NCBI GenBank assembly: GCA_951406725.2
Contig: OX597818.1
Location: forward strand, 15,500,001 to 15,564,000
Direction: 5' to 3'
Origin: Octopus vulgaris
Lineage: Eukaryota
DNA: 64,000 bases
A program made the position numbers and the translations under genes. This document shows positions 11,265-23,533 of the stretch, piece after piece. The notes below the pieces were generated by a model. It did not search any database, was not told the DNA's origin, and saw nothing but the letters and a program-made list of their open reading frames with translations. Position 1 is the stretch's first letter; each line of letters begins with the position of its first letter.

Positions 11265-11810
11265 GCTGTCATGACTTCTGGGCTTAACTGGTTGGCAGTT
11301 TTATCATGTATGTTTTGCTGTCTTGGTATAAAAGATGGGCTACACCAAATATTCTGTTCAGTACCACAGATTTCCTTGCCAGTTGTTTGACCTCAACCAG
11401 TTTAGCATGTACGTCCCCTGGTGGCAAATGATATGGGCATCTCTGATCATGAGCAGAAGTTGGGGGAGAGCATCATAGCCATGTCTCGAGAGGAATTCTT
11501 TGGAGTTTGAATAATTCACCTTTGAAAATGTGGGTGTTTTATTCAACATCTTTAAACAACCTTTTGAGTGGAATGGGATACTTGATCTGAAGAAAATTCT
11601 AATTAGGTCCCACCTGCAAGGTCATGTGCTGTTTATCTTGATATCAGATCACCATGTCGCTCACATATGGTTGTGATGCATGTGCCTGGTGACCCCTTAC
11701 CAGATGGGTAGTCATGATGGGTATACTGGGCTCTGTGTATTTTACCCCAGTGTCACTTTGCTGGAACACACTGCTCTCACTCTCAATAATAATAATAATA
11801 ATAATAATTT
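11265..11810 (+). repeat. ~550-bp interspersed repeat ending in (AAT)n, probable R4/Dong 3' UTR (copy 1)
   Basis: Clearly homologous to 13385-13950; both end CTCTCACTC(AAT)n. Confidence 0.7.
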
Positions 11811-12047
11811 TCCATTATAGGCACAAGGCCTGAAATTTTGGGGGAGGGGGCTAGTCAATAATGCCAACTCCAGTACTCAACTGGTCTTTATTATATCAAC
11901 CGCAAAAGGATAAAAGGCAAAGTCAACCTCATCAGAATTTGAACTCAGAATGTAAAGGTGGATGAAATGCTAAGCATCTTGTGCTGCATGCTAGTGATTC
12001 TGTCAGCTTGCCATGTTAACAATAACAACAACAATAATAATTATAAT

Positions 12048-12520
12048 TGGAGAAATGTAAGATTTTGTGGGACTTTTCAACTCAAACAGACAAAAAATTA
12101 GAAAATAATAGACCAGATATTACAGTCATAGATAAGGAAAAACAACGTTGCTTATCAATTCATCATGCCAATTTGAGTCCAGGATCATAAGGAAGGAGGA
12201 AGAAAAACAGAAAATACAATCCCTTAAAATTTAAAATAGGAAGAATTTGGAGCATGCGAGCAGTAAAGGTCGTGCCTGTAGTAATTGGTGTGTTAGGAAC
12301 AGTAAGCCAAGAGATAGACAAATGGCTGAAGAAGATTGGAATAGAATGCCCTGTAGAGCTCCTACAGAAAATTTACTTCTTAGGGACAGCAAGGATTATC
12401 AGGAGGGTTCTAAGCACTTAAAAGACTGCCAAAAACCCATAGATACCTAAGGTTACAGGTAGCAACCCACTACCCATATAAATCCTATCAGGAATAAGAC
12501 CAAACCTGAGCTTTATTTTT
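12048..12520 (+). mobile_element. R4/Dong LINE 3' fragment (restriction-like endonuclease)
   Basis: KILWDFSTQTDKKLENNRPDITVIDK...VKVVPVVIGVLG; bounded by AAT-rich tracts. Confidence 0.8.
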
Positions 12521-12559
12521 ATTATAACAATAATAATAATAATTATTATTATTATTATA

Positions 12560-13370
12560 AGAAATGCCAACGAGAGAGAAGAATCCCTACTCCATATGGA
12601 ATTACATGGTCAGTTCCACCAACAAATTAAAAGACCAGGAAGCATTATGGATGTGGCTCAACAAGGGTGGGCTAAAAAAAGCAAAGGACTGAAAGCTTAA
12701 TCATCGCTGCCCAGGTCCAGGCATTGAATACCAACTCAGTGAAAAAGAATATATACCACACAAGTACATCAGACCTGCAGAATGTGTGGGAAGGGAGTCG
12801 AAAGCGTGACTCACATTGTTAGTGCTTGTGAAAGTCTTGTGCAGAAATGCAAGTGCAGACATGACAAGGTAGCCCAAAACCTCCACTGGCTACTATGCTC
12901 GAAGTATGGATATGAAGTTACAGGTGCTTGATACCAACATACACCAAAAAAGGGGAAGGCAAAAATCCTCTTGGACTTTAATTTGCAGACAGACAAGGTG
13001 TTAGAGCACTGAAGGGTGGATATAGTAACCATTAGGAGGGCCTAATAATTGACATGGCAGTGCCAGGAGATAAACATATCATCATGAAAGAAAGAGAAAA
13101 GGTTGATACAAGAGGCAAACATAAAAGTTATCCCTATTGTCATTGGAGCACTGGGTTCAATGCTACCCAATCTGAGAAAACCTCTGTAAACTTTAGAAAT
13201 ACTCTACAATGTAGATGTATTGCAAAAGTTGACATTACTTGGAACTGCACACATATTGCATAAAGTACTGAGGTCCTTGTTATGACTTGAAAAACAGTAC
13301 AACTCTCCGGTAGACACAATATCTTCAATCAACAATCTCACAATATTGTACACTGTGTGACATCTATAAT
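12560..13370 (+). mobile_element. Second R4/Dong LINE 3' fragment (CCHC zinc knuckle plus RLE)
   Basis: LHGQF...LIIAAQ...CRMCGKGVESVTHIVSAC...RHDKVAQNLHW...DMAVPGD, degraded. Confidence 0.8.
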
Positions 13371-13384
13371 AATCATACTAATAC

Positions 13385-13919
13385 TCTGGCTCTTGTGGCT
13401 TCTGATCTTAACTGATTGGAAGTGTTATCATGTACATTGTTTTGTCTTGGTATAAAAGATGGGCTACAGCAAATATTCTGCTCAATACCACAGATTTGCT
13501 TGTCAGTTGTTTGACCTTAACCAGCTGAACATGTCCCTTAGTGGCTGATGATATGTGCATCTCTGATCACAAGCAGAAGTAGTGGGGGAGCATCATAGCC
13601 ATGTGTTGAGAGGGAGTCTTTGGGGTTTGAATAATTCACCTCTGGAAACATGGGTGTTTCGTTCAACATCCTTAAACAACCCTTATTCAGGAACCTTTTG
13701 AGTGGGATGGGTTACTCAACCAGAAGAAAATTCTAACTGAGCCCCACCTGCAAGGTCATGTGCTGTTTATCTTGGTATGAGATCACCATGTTGCTCACAT
13801 ATGGTTGTGATGCATGTGCCTGGTGTACCCTTATCAGATGGGTAGTCATGATGGGTATACTGGGCTTCCTATATTTGTATCCCAGTGTCACTTTGCTGGC
13901 ATGCACTGCTCTCTCACTC

Positions 13920-13950
<31 letters not shown>
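13385..13950 (+). repeat. ~560-bp interspersed repeat ending in (AAT)n (copy 2)
   Basis: Homologous to 11265-11810. Confidence 0.7.
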
Positions 13951-13952
<2 letters not shown>

Positions 13953-14261
13953 TCTTTCTTTCTGCTATAGGCACAAGGTTAGAAATTAGAGAAGTGTGTT
14001 AGTCAATTTCATCAATCCTAGTTTTCACCTGGGACTTATTTTATCAACTCTCAAAACAAATGAAAGGCAAAACCTTTTGCCTCAAATTGATATCAACATG
14101 GAAAATCCTAGATACCAATAAGGCCCCATTTCATGATTTTAATAGTTTACAAAAAGAAGCCGATCCTGCTATTTAATCATTTTCGCTTAAAAGTTTCAAA
14201 ACCCATTTCACTTATGCCAACATAAAAAGAATGGCTACAATAAAAGTCAATGACTACTTAC

Positions 14262-14582
14262 AGTGGTGGAATTTGTTTTCCATTACCGAGATTTTTTTCT
14301 AAAGTTAAGTCTCCATTGTGATAAACCAAGAGAATTCCATCACTATTGCTCCATTGTAGTATCACATGATGCCAGATTCCATTAGTTAAAGATTTCAAGG
14401 TAACGGTGTGTGTGTCATCAAACATCTGGAGGGACAGGGTGTTACCTTGTAAATGTACCAATTCCTTAGCGCTGAATACTGGATTTATCAAATCACTGCA
14501 ATAGAAATCCATGTACTTCTGTAAAACGAACCTTATAGATTCTGGTATTACTTCATGATTGACTGGATACTGTTCAAGAACT
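14262..14582 (-). CDS. Exon 18: pentraxin/LamG core; acceptor position uncertain
   Basis: ...LTNGIWHHVILQWSNSDGILLVYHNG...IPP|gtaagt. The phase-2 acceptor is aacaag|A at 14582; the stronger-looking ttacag at 14518 is phase 0. Confidence 0.8.
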
Positions 14583-14614
14583 CTTGTTTACCATAAAAGG
14601 AAACACATAAAATG

Positions 14615-14616
<2 letters not shown>

Positions 14617-14690
<74 letters not shown>
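14617..14690. repeat. (CA)n microsatellite
   Basis: Pure CA run. Confidence 0.95.
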
Positions 14691-14692
<2 letters not shown>

Positions 14693-14717
14693 CATTATGT
14701 CTGTATGGATATATACA

Positions 14718-15150
14718 GGCACAGGTGTAGCTGTGTGGTAAAAGGCTTGCTTCCCAACCACATGGGTCTGAGTTCAGTCTCACTGTGTGCCAACTTGGGA
14801 AGTGTCCTCTACTATGGCCTTGGGCTGACCAAAGCCTTGTGAGTGGATTTGGTAAACAGAAACTGAAAGAAGCCTGCCATATATATATAACATATGCAGA
14901 TATATATATGTGTGTGTGTATGTGTGTTTTTGTTCCTGTGTTTATTTCCCCATCATCACTTGACAACCAATTTTGGTGTGTTTACATCCCTGTAACTAGC
15001 AGTTCAGCAAAAGAGACTGATAGAATAAGTACCAGGCTTACAAAAAACAAGTCCTGGGCTCAATTTCTTCCACAAAAAAAAAACCTTTTAAAGCGATGCT
15101 CCAGCATGACTGCAGTCAAATAACTGAGACAAGTAAAAGAAATAAAAGAA
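14718..15150 (+). mobile_element. SINE family A
   Basis: Same head and tail as 6984-7353. Confidence 0.8.
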
Positions 15151-15599
15151 ATACATGATTAAGATGATTGTTTCCCCAACCATAAGATCTCAGGTTAGGA
15201 TGTTGGAATCATCAATTCGTGGCTTCATGTTCCATAGCCAGGTACATATTGTCATCCTGGACAAGGCAATTCATTACACATTGCTCCAGAATGATGCCTC
15301 AGAGATTATTAAACCAAGATCTTGAAAATTACAAGATGTCAATGGCAGCTTACATTTGCAAGATTTGTTACACAACAGGATGACTGAATGTTATACATAC
15401 ATACATGATGATGGCCATTCACTCATAACTGAAAGCCATTACTGACCTTTTGGAACATTGTACACTCAAGACTACCTTATACTTTACGCTTGCAGTTCTG
15501 TTGGTGACAAATGAGGCCTGCTCTTGACAAACGTACATGACTGCAAATATTACAGACCAGGCTTTCCCCATTCATTACACTAGCAGTGCATTTTTGAGC

Positions 15600-16008
15600 A
15601 GCACGCTTAAAAATCTTCATGAAGAATACATGCTCTTTCAGAGGTATTAACTCCCTCCTTTACCCGTTTCCTCCATCTGTGGCAATGATGAGCTTTACTC
15701 TTCTAAGTCAGCCTCCCGCAATTCATAGGCCTTTCATGAGGACTTTACACTGTCCTTAAATCTCAGTTTTGACTTCTGCTGGGGTCGCTTTCCACTAACA
15801 AGTTCCCCATATAGCATCTATTTAGGAATCCTGCAATCATTCATTCTAACAAGGTGTCCAGGCCAACATAATCAGTGTTTGTGTACCATCACCTCAATAC
15901 TCAGAATATCGGCTTCCCTCAGGACCTGTGTATCTGGAGTTTTTAAGGTCCAGCCAACATTCAGAATGTGTCTCAGACATCTCTGATGGAGGCATTCAAG
16001 GACCTTTA
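15600..16008 (-). mobile_element. RTE-clade LINE 3' ORF fragment
   Basis: LECLHQRCLRHILNVGW...VLREADILSIE...WPGHLVRMNDCRIPK*MLYGEL...LRFKD. Confidence 0.8.
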
Positions 16009-16009
16009 C

Positions 16010-16082
16010 ATAAATACACACACACACATACACACACACACATACATACATACATACACACACACATACATACATATATATG

Positions 16083-16115
<33 letters not shown>

Positions 16116-16265
16116 ACATACACACACACACATACATACATATATACATACACACACATATACATACATATATACGTACATACATACACACACACATACA
16201 TACATATATACATACACACACACATACATACATATATACGTACATATGTACATACACACACACAT

Positions 16266-16312
<47 letters not shown>

Positions 16313-16357
16313 TACATACATACATGCAAACATACATACGTACATGCATGCATACAT
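16010..16357. repeat. Compound (TACA)n/(CA)n microsatellite
   Basis: Direct inspection; source of several spurious ORFs. Confidence 0.95.
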
Positions 16358-16380
16358 GAGAAAGAGCAAACAATACTTAC

Positions 16381-16564
16381 TTTGATCCGTAGAGACATAT
16401 ACTTGTAGCAGATGCCTGTTTCTCATTGTTCATGTCTTCATTGTACTTTATCCAGAAGGTCATGGTCAACTGATCCTCTATGATACGACTAAACTCAGGT
16501 GCATTCATTGGTACAAAAAACCCTTTGGGTTTCAGAACTACCAAGTCACTTCCATAGGGGATAT
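16381..16564 (-). CDS. Exon 17: pentraxin/LamG N-terminal part
   Basis: ttatag|..DIPYGSDLVVLKPKGFF...DQLTMTFWIKY...CLYGS|gtaagt; phase 1 to 2. Confidence 0.88.
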
Positions 16565-17728
16565 CTATAAGATTATGATTAATTTTGGAATTTTAGTTTG
16601 GAGTATTTTTTTTTACTATTTCTTTATATATGTGTATATGTTGTGAATGGTGGTGGTGAAGGTGGTGAGTTATGTATTTAGGGATGTTAAAAAAAACTAT
16701 TGTATCATATTTATTTGGTTAATTAATGTATGCATTCCATAAAACCAGAAAGCTTTGACAGACTCAGAAAGGTATCTTAGAACTTTATGCATAAGCATAG
16801 AACAAAAAAAAAACATCAATAAAGGAAGAAAAAGAAGAAAAAAAAAGCAACCGTTAATTGTTTCTATTGTGAAATCTTTAAGTAACATCCATGACTTGGA
16901 AGATTTTAGTGTGTCTTGTAGATCCTTGATATTGAAGGGTACCTCCAATCTCTCAATCTCTGAGTTTTATAGTTTTTTTATATTGAAATAAATAATGCCA
17001 AAATGTTTCTGAATAGTCACAAGAACCTGTAGGGAATTCCATACAACATGTTTGATAAGTTTCTTGGCAGTGGACACCCCTCTGAGAGACAGAATTTAGC
17101 ATGATTTATTTTGATGCTGGTGTTATTGTAACAGGCTTTGCTAATTTTGGAGTATTACTAACGTCTCTGGGATGATGTGGGTATTATATACAAATATCCT
17201 AGACTGCACATAAAAAAACAGCTATTCATTAATATGTCAAATAAATTAACTAATAATTGTACATAAATTGTATGCTAAATCTTCCCTACCATACTCCCAA
17301 TACATCTTTCTCTCCTCCTTCTTCCTCTCATCATCTCTGAGGCTTCTTGTGAACTATCAGTTTCCCTTCGAGCCTTCTGTATCTGGAGTCTACAATGACC
17401 AGCCAACATTCAGAATTTATCCCAGACACATCGAATGGAAGCATTTAAGGACCTCTACATGATGCCTGTATAGAGTCTATATCTCACATAAGTAAATTAA
17501 ATGAATGACCATGGGATTTCACATAGGAAGCTACCCTCCAAGGCATAAGTCTGGGTTTGGTCATTTACAGAAAACCAGATTTCTACCTCCACTGTCGGAA
17601 GAGCTATATGGTCTTCACCATTAGAATCTAACAAGTCTATGACCGGACAAATACTTAACTGCACATAAATACATTATTGCTCGATGCTTTAGAGTGTTCT
17701 TTTTCAGATATATCATACACTGACGATG

Positions 17729-17761
<33 letters not shown>

Positions 17762-18093
17762 TTCCTGGTGCAAGGTGGAACATTACAACTGTTCTTGTTA
17801 GTGTTGAGCCCAAATGTCTTGCAAGATGCAGCAGTATGATCCATGAAAGGTTATATATCTCCAACTGTATGAGCAACCAAATCTCAATAATCCGTATAGA
17901 GGAGGAAGAGGACATGAATAAGTGATTAAAAACTTTCATATTAACAGCAAATCAATGCAAGGTGAAGAGATGACCAGAAGATTGGTACCTCCTATCCCAT
18001 AACAGCAATCCCCAGTAAAAGCATGAGTGAGTGTAACTGCAAAATACCAGGAAAAGGGAGTTGGGGAAAGGACATTACCTTGCTTGACACTAT

Positions 18094-18263
18094 GGCCTTT
18101 TGGCTAAGATAAAAATGTAGTATCTGTTCTTATCAGCTTAATATCTGATATGGTCCCTGTTTGGGGCCATCGATAATTTTTAGAACGAAGCGAAGAGTTA
18201 GGGGCTCACTCCGCCTTTGCCACAGGTTGGCCTGGTATAGCAGTACTTCCAGGATTCAGCCCA
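18094..18263 (+). pseudogene. U2: U2 snRNA pseudogene
   Basis: GGCCTTTTGGCTAAGAT..TGTAGTATCTGTTCTTATCAGCTTAATATCTGATA (branch-point recognition region, stem IIa) and 3' loop GGTATAGCAGTAC. The first ~10 nt are missing and the Sm-site region is shortened. Confidence 0.9.
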
Positions 18264-19549
18264 TCTCCCACTGGGGAGATAAAAATAAACTATTATCTGC
18301 AGAAATGGGTCTTGCCATGTTACCATTAACATTGACCTATACCATCATCTCATGTTGCAAGCATGGAACAGGTTGCATTTGAAATAGGTGCAGGGGCAAT
18401 AAATTTCATGTTCCCAATCGCCATTTTGGACTGCCACGCCAACTTGGATTGTTTATTCTTTGTTTACTAATTGATTGTAATGGATTTCTACCTCCTCAGT
18501 TTAAAGAGCTACCTTGAAATAATCCAAATTACTATTATGCTGGCAGAGCTAGCAAATGACTGATATTGACTTTTAACTCTGTATCAAAGCAGGCCTTTTA
18601 CATCCCATCATTTTGAGTTCACGTCAGAAGCTGTATAAAATAGATATTACTTGTTCAAAACTAACCACATTGAGTGGATTCTAATTATTTGCCCACAAAA
18701 TATGAAATTTCTCTCATACATAAACTCACATTTCTGTGATATCAGAAGACAATTACAAGCCTCAGTTAGCCTCACTGCTTTCTTTATGTCACTTTTTTTA
18801 CATCCTTTATTCTATATACAATACTACAAAATATATACAATACTACATGAATATAAAATGCTCAAGTAGCACAGATGGTTTAGCGATAATTTTTGCATCA
18901 ATCTGCAAACAATGGGGTTGGGTAACCTCACTTGGCAGCTAAATGTATTTAGGCTATCCCTGTAGGTGGCGTCCTTTCAGCTGTTTGCTTTGACTGCATA
19001 CCAAAGTGAATTCAGTTGGCGATTGACATTTAATGATCACAGGCCTGTGTGTGACTCTCACAGCATTTATGCCACACATACACCTTTAGTTCATCATGTT
19101 CTCCATTAGAATGTTTAGTATATTTCAAATGGATTATTATGTTTGAGGGCTATCTCCTCAAGTTCCCTTTATATTTTTCCTGAAAAAATCTCTTTTGCTA
19201 ATTACTAGGAGAATAACATTGCATGTTTGGAGACACATCTTCTGTTGGTATATTTCTTGTAGTCTTTGTAAAATCCCACTGGGATGTTTGAGTCTTGTTC
19301 CATGCCGGAATAAACTTTTATATTTATTGGAGCCTTTTAAGTGACTTGCTTCTTTCTTGTAAGAATATACAAAGGGGATTCAACAGGAAGTGCTAAGAAA
19401 GGAATGCAGAATGTCAGGAGAGAAAACTACCTATCCAGCATGACTACTTGTAGCACTCCCAAATCATAAACACACACACACACACACATGCAAAAAATCA
19501 CAACATATACAAGTTGTTTGTTCCAATGTAGTGTTTCTTGAAACGTTAC

Positions 19550-19687
19550 CTCTGAGACATTGAGACCCCCATTTATTCGAAGGACACATGCAGGTTGCTT
19601 GATTATTCTTTACTTGACATTTCTGTCCAGCACAGGATTTCTTGGAGCATGGATTAGTAACATTCTCACAAACTTCACCAGTAAATC
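19550..19687 (-). CDS. Exon 16: EGF
   Basis: GFTGEVCENVTNPCSKKSCAGQKCQVKNNQATCMCPSNKWGSQCLR; AG/GT, phase 1 to 1. Confidence 0.92.
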
Positions 19688-20272
19688 CTATTATAAAGAC
19701 AAACAGATGTAAATAATTTAGTGATATAAGACATACAAAGATACAAGAATATAAAAATTATGGCTGCTTTGCTTAAAGCCTTATCTGGGCATCATTAGTA
19801 ACAATGGAAGTTTATAATATATGTATTTTCAAAACATTTCTTATCAAAAATTTTCTGTGAATTATATCAAAACTATCTTCAATCTTTTGAATGTTTTCTA
19901 GTCTGACAAACAACACATTTTTATGTTTCTAAACACTTAGTTGCCTGGATAATCTGAGAAATGTGTGCGTGTGTGTACATGCATATATATATAAATATAT
20001 ATATATATATATGCATATGTGTATATATATTTGCATATGCTTATATATATATATATATATAATATTTCAATAGATGAATGAATTATCCTATGTTTATCGT
20101 CAGCAAGGAAAATTCGTTGAACCGATACCAGGGTAGCAAATTCGCATCAGAAACACGGTTGAAGCGACCTGTCCAAGGGTAGAAACCTCTGGTTCATTTG
20201 CAGAAATTTGTGTGTTACATATGAATAAATGAAAGAATGGAGTCGAACGAAGATGTTAACAAAATTCCTTTA

Positions 20273-20354
20273 CTCTCGACATATGTTTCGAAGACCACAT
20301 GGTTTCATTCCAAAGAAATAAAGGGTGTATGATGCAATCTTCTCATCAGGAAAG
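20273..20354 (-). ncRNA. Type I hammerhead ribozyme, Penelope-type, intact core
   Basis: CUUUC CUGAUGA GAAGAUUGCAU..AUGUGGUCUUC GAAAC AUAU GUC^GAGAG; 11-bp stem II; palindromic stem III ACAUAUGU. Confidence 0.8.
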
Positions 20355-20427
20355 AAAGGGAGCCTCTCTCGGCAACAAGACAAACAAAAGTTTCGTTTTT
20401 TTACCATGTAGACAGTCATCGAAATTT

Positions 20428-20460
<33 letters not shown>

Positions 20461-20526
20461 GTATATATATGTACAAACTTACAGGGAAAAATTCAATTTA
20501 GAAATACTAAATCAAATTTTCTCAAA

Positions 20527-20529
<3 letters not shown>

Positions 20530-20564
<35 letters not shown>

Positions 20565-20932
20565 TAGATAGATATAGATATATACATATATGCATGTCTA
20601 TCTATCTATATATATATATACATGCATATATAAATATATGCATATATGTATATACACATATACATATATATGCATATATATATGCGTATATATATATGTA
20701 TGTATATGCATATATATATATACATATGTGCATATATATGTATATATAGATGCATATATGTATGTATATGCATATATATATACATATGTCCATATATATG
20801 TATATATAGATGCATATATATATGTATATGCATATATATATATACATATGTGCATATATACGTATACATATATGCATATATATGTACATATAAATGTATG
20901 TATATGTAGATATATATGCATATATATGCATA
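20530..20932. repeat. Compound (TA)n/(TATG)n/(TGCA) low-complexity tract
   Basis: Direct inspection. Confidence 0.9.
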
Positions 20933-21305
20933 AATCCTCAGTGAAATATATTCAATGAGAATATTATATAGTGTAATGGGTGCCTCGTACGTGTAATCAG
21001 CAAGGGTTCCTTTTGCATGCCACTGACACTAGCCACAATTACGATTTCACTTGGCTTGACATGTAGAACAAATTTAATCATAACGGGATCCAAATTCAGG
21101 AAGTAAAACTAAACAACTAAATACCACAAGATATTTTATCCAATGCTCTACCAATTCTGGCAGTCTGTTGATCTTTATAGATGTCAATGCTACATATTCT
21201 TCAAGTGAAACTTGAATCCTTTACCAGGTCAATTCCTATGCTTTTTTCACATTTATGAGGTTCTGTATGCAAAAACAAAAAAGAAGACGCTTACATAATA
21301 CATAC

Positions 21306-21416
21306 CAAGTGGACAAGTGCACGTTATATTATTTGACTTCTCCAAACAGATGCCTTTATTCTGACAAGATTCAGGGGAACATAAAGATTTGTCTTGACAG
21401 CCAATTCCTCCAAAAC
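21306..21416 (-). CDS. Exon 15: EGF
   Basis: GFGGIGCQDKSLCSPESCQNKGICLEKSNNITCTCPL; phase 1 to 1. Confidence 0.92.
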
Positions 21417-21519
21417 CTGCAAATTTATTAAGCTTATGAAGCAATTTTCAGTTTCATTTCTGTGTAAAAATCATTATCGTTTTGGTAAATTTTTTTTCTT
21501 CTGGAAAGAAATTATTATT

Positions 21520-21760
21520 TTGCAGTGTGGAAGGTGTTTATAAGCATTATGAGATACAGCACGGAATTTTGTCAGTGAACAGGTTGTGGTCTCAAAGCAC
21601 CGAAAATATTTTGACAAATTAAATTTAAATGTTGAAGTGAATCTAACGGTTTTTGTGTGTTTCTTAAATGGCTTATAAACACCTTCCACGCTGCAATTGT
21701 TTTCGTTCCAGCACACGATCTCAGATCAGGTCACTAGCTATGCAAGTACATCTCAGTAAT
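21520..21760. repeat. Fold-back repeat with asymmetric tail (copy 1)
   Basis: GCAGTGTGGAAGGTGTTTATAAGC / GCTTATAAACACCTTCCACGCTGC inverted pair; homologous to 51611-51933. Confidence 0.7.
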
Positions 21761-22319
21761 TATTATTTTGCCCTAGTGAAAAGGTCACAAATTCATTCTA
21801 ATTACAGCTAACATGGCTGAGCAAGAAGTCAGTATCTTTCAGTTAGTGGTCAGCATACTTCAGTTACCATTCAGTCAGCAATTCCTGTTATTCACTTAGC
21901 AGCTGGTGTCAGTCAGTTAGACATCATACAGTTAGCAATCAACATTACTCAGTTAGTTATCTACATGGTTCAGTTAGTAATCCATGTAATTCAGTTAGCA
22001 TTCAATATTATTCAGCTAACACTTAGTTGGCAGTTAACATCATGTAGTTATTAGTCAGCATGATTCAGTAAGCAATCAGCATGGCAAAGTTGACATTCAG
22101 CTAAAATAACAATCAAAATGTTATTTTAACTGAATGTCAATTTTGCCATTGTTTGCAAAATAAATTAGCTCTTGCTTAAATAATTTTAGTTATTTATTTA
22201 AGAACCAGAAAACTCCAGGTATAACATGCACTTTTCTTTTTACCAAAATTGAAGTTAAAATTAACACTGCATGTAGCACCTGGTATTAGGCTGCAGAGTT
22301 ATTCCCCATATTATTATCA

Positions 22320-22374
<55 letters not shown>

Positions 22375-22417
22375 GCCATATATTTGAAATAAATATATTT
22401 TATATAAAATATGCTTT

Positions 22418-22840
22418 ATCTTTTATCTTTTACTTGTTTCTGTCAGTAGACTGCAGCCATGCTAGGGCACTGCCTCAAAGAATTTTTAGTCAAAGGAATC
22501 GACCCAGTACCTTTTTTTTTTCAGTCTTGTACATATTCCATCAGTCTTTTTTGCTGAACTGCTAAGTTTCAGGGACATAAACACACCAATACCAGTTGTC
22601 AAGCAATGGTGGGGGACAAATGCAGACACAATTGCACATACACTCACTCACACAGACACACACTCAATATATATATATATATATATATATACATACACAC
22701 ACACATACGATGGGCTTCTTTCAGTTTCCATGTACTAAATCCACTCAAAGATTTGGTCAGTTCAAGTCTATAGTAGAAGACATTTGCCCAAGGTGCTGAA
22801 CCATGTGGTTACCAAGCTTCTTACCACACAGCCACACCTT
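22418..22840 (-). mobile_element. SINE family A
   Basis: Reverse complement of the family A head and tail. Confidence 0.75.
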
Positions 22841-23402
22841 ATGTAAAATATATTTCATATATCATACACTGCATATAGAATATATTTTATATAACATATA
22901 CTTTATATAAATCATATTTCATAGAAAATATACTTTAGATGAAACATATTCTATAGAAATTATATTTTACATAGAGAGTACTTTTTAGATACTTTATTAA
23001 AATATATTTTATATAAAAACTATTATATTGAGTGGATTTTTCAGCAGTTGTGCCATACTGCTTGTTATACAACAGTTTTGGTCCCAAATTAAAGAGCTGT
23101 CTTCTACATATGGCATGTAGTCAACCAATACAAGTTGGCAACCCAGCCAGTTCCTTGGTGAAGAAAACATGATAACCAGGGTCTAACTCAGAAATTTGAG
23201 CAACATAGCCAAATAGTCAGGGCTGGCACTTTCAAATCATATGACCTTTCATTAATTAATTATAAATGGAACTTTCATTAATTAATTATACATGGATCTT
23301 TAATTGATTAATGGTAACGTTACTAAGTATCAGTTTACCTGTGATAATGTCAAATGAAAAAAAGAAAACATAATTTAACAAAACATTTAGTTATCTCTGT
23401 AC

Positions 23403-23533
23403 CTGTAGGGCAGATACAAGTAGCTTTATTATTGACCATCCGACAGCTGCTATTCGACCCTAGACAATGGTTTACTGTTTGGCATGCATCAATTTTACGT
23501 TCACAAGTCTTTCCATAATAACCAGATGAACAT
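23403..23533 (-). CDS. Exon 14: EGF
   Basis: CSSGYYGKTCERKIDACQTVNHCLGSNSSCRMVNNKATCICPT; phase 2 to 1. Confidence 0.92.

Noticed and set aside
15872-16426. His/Thr- and Cys/Val-rich ORFs (also near 20590, 41564, 43386, 51226, 54682)
   Set aside because: Microsatellite translations on both strands.
21815-22100. Degenerate ~25-bp periodicity (also ~35-bp at 31860-32370, 29-bp x2 near 49240, 17-bp x3 near 50620)
   Set aside because: Ordinary decayed minisatellites with no further structure evident.
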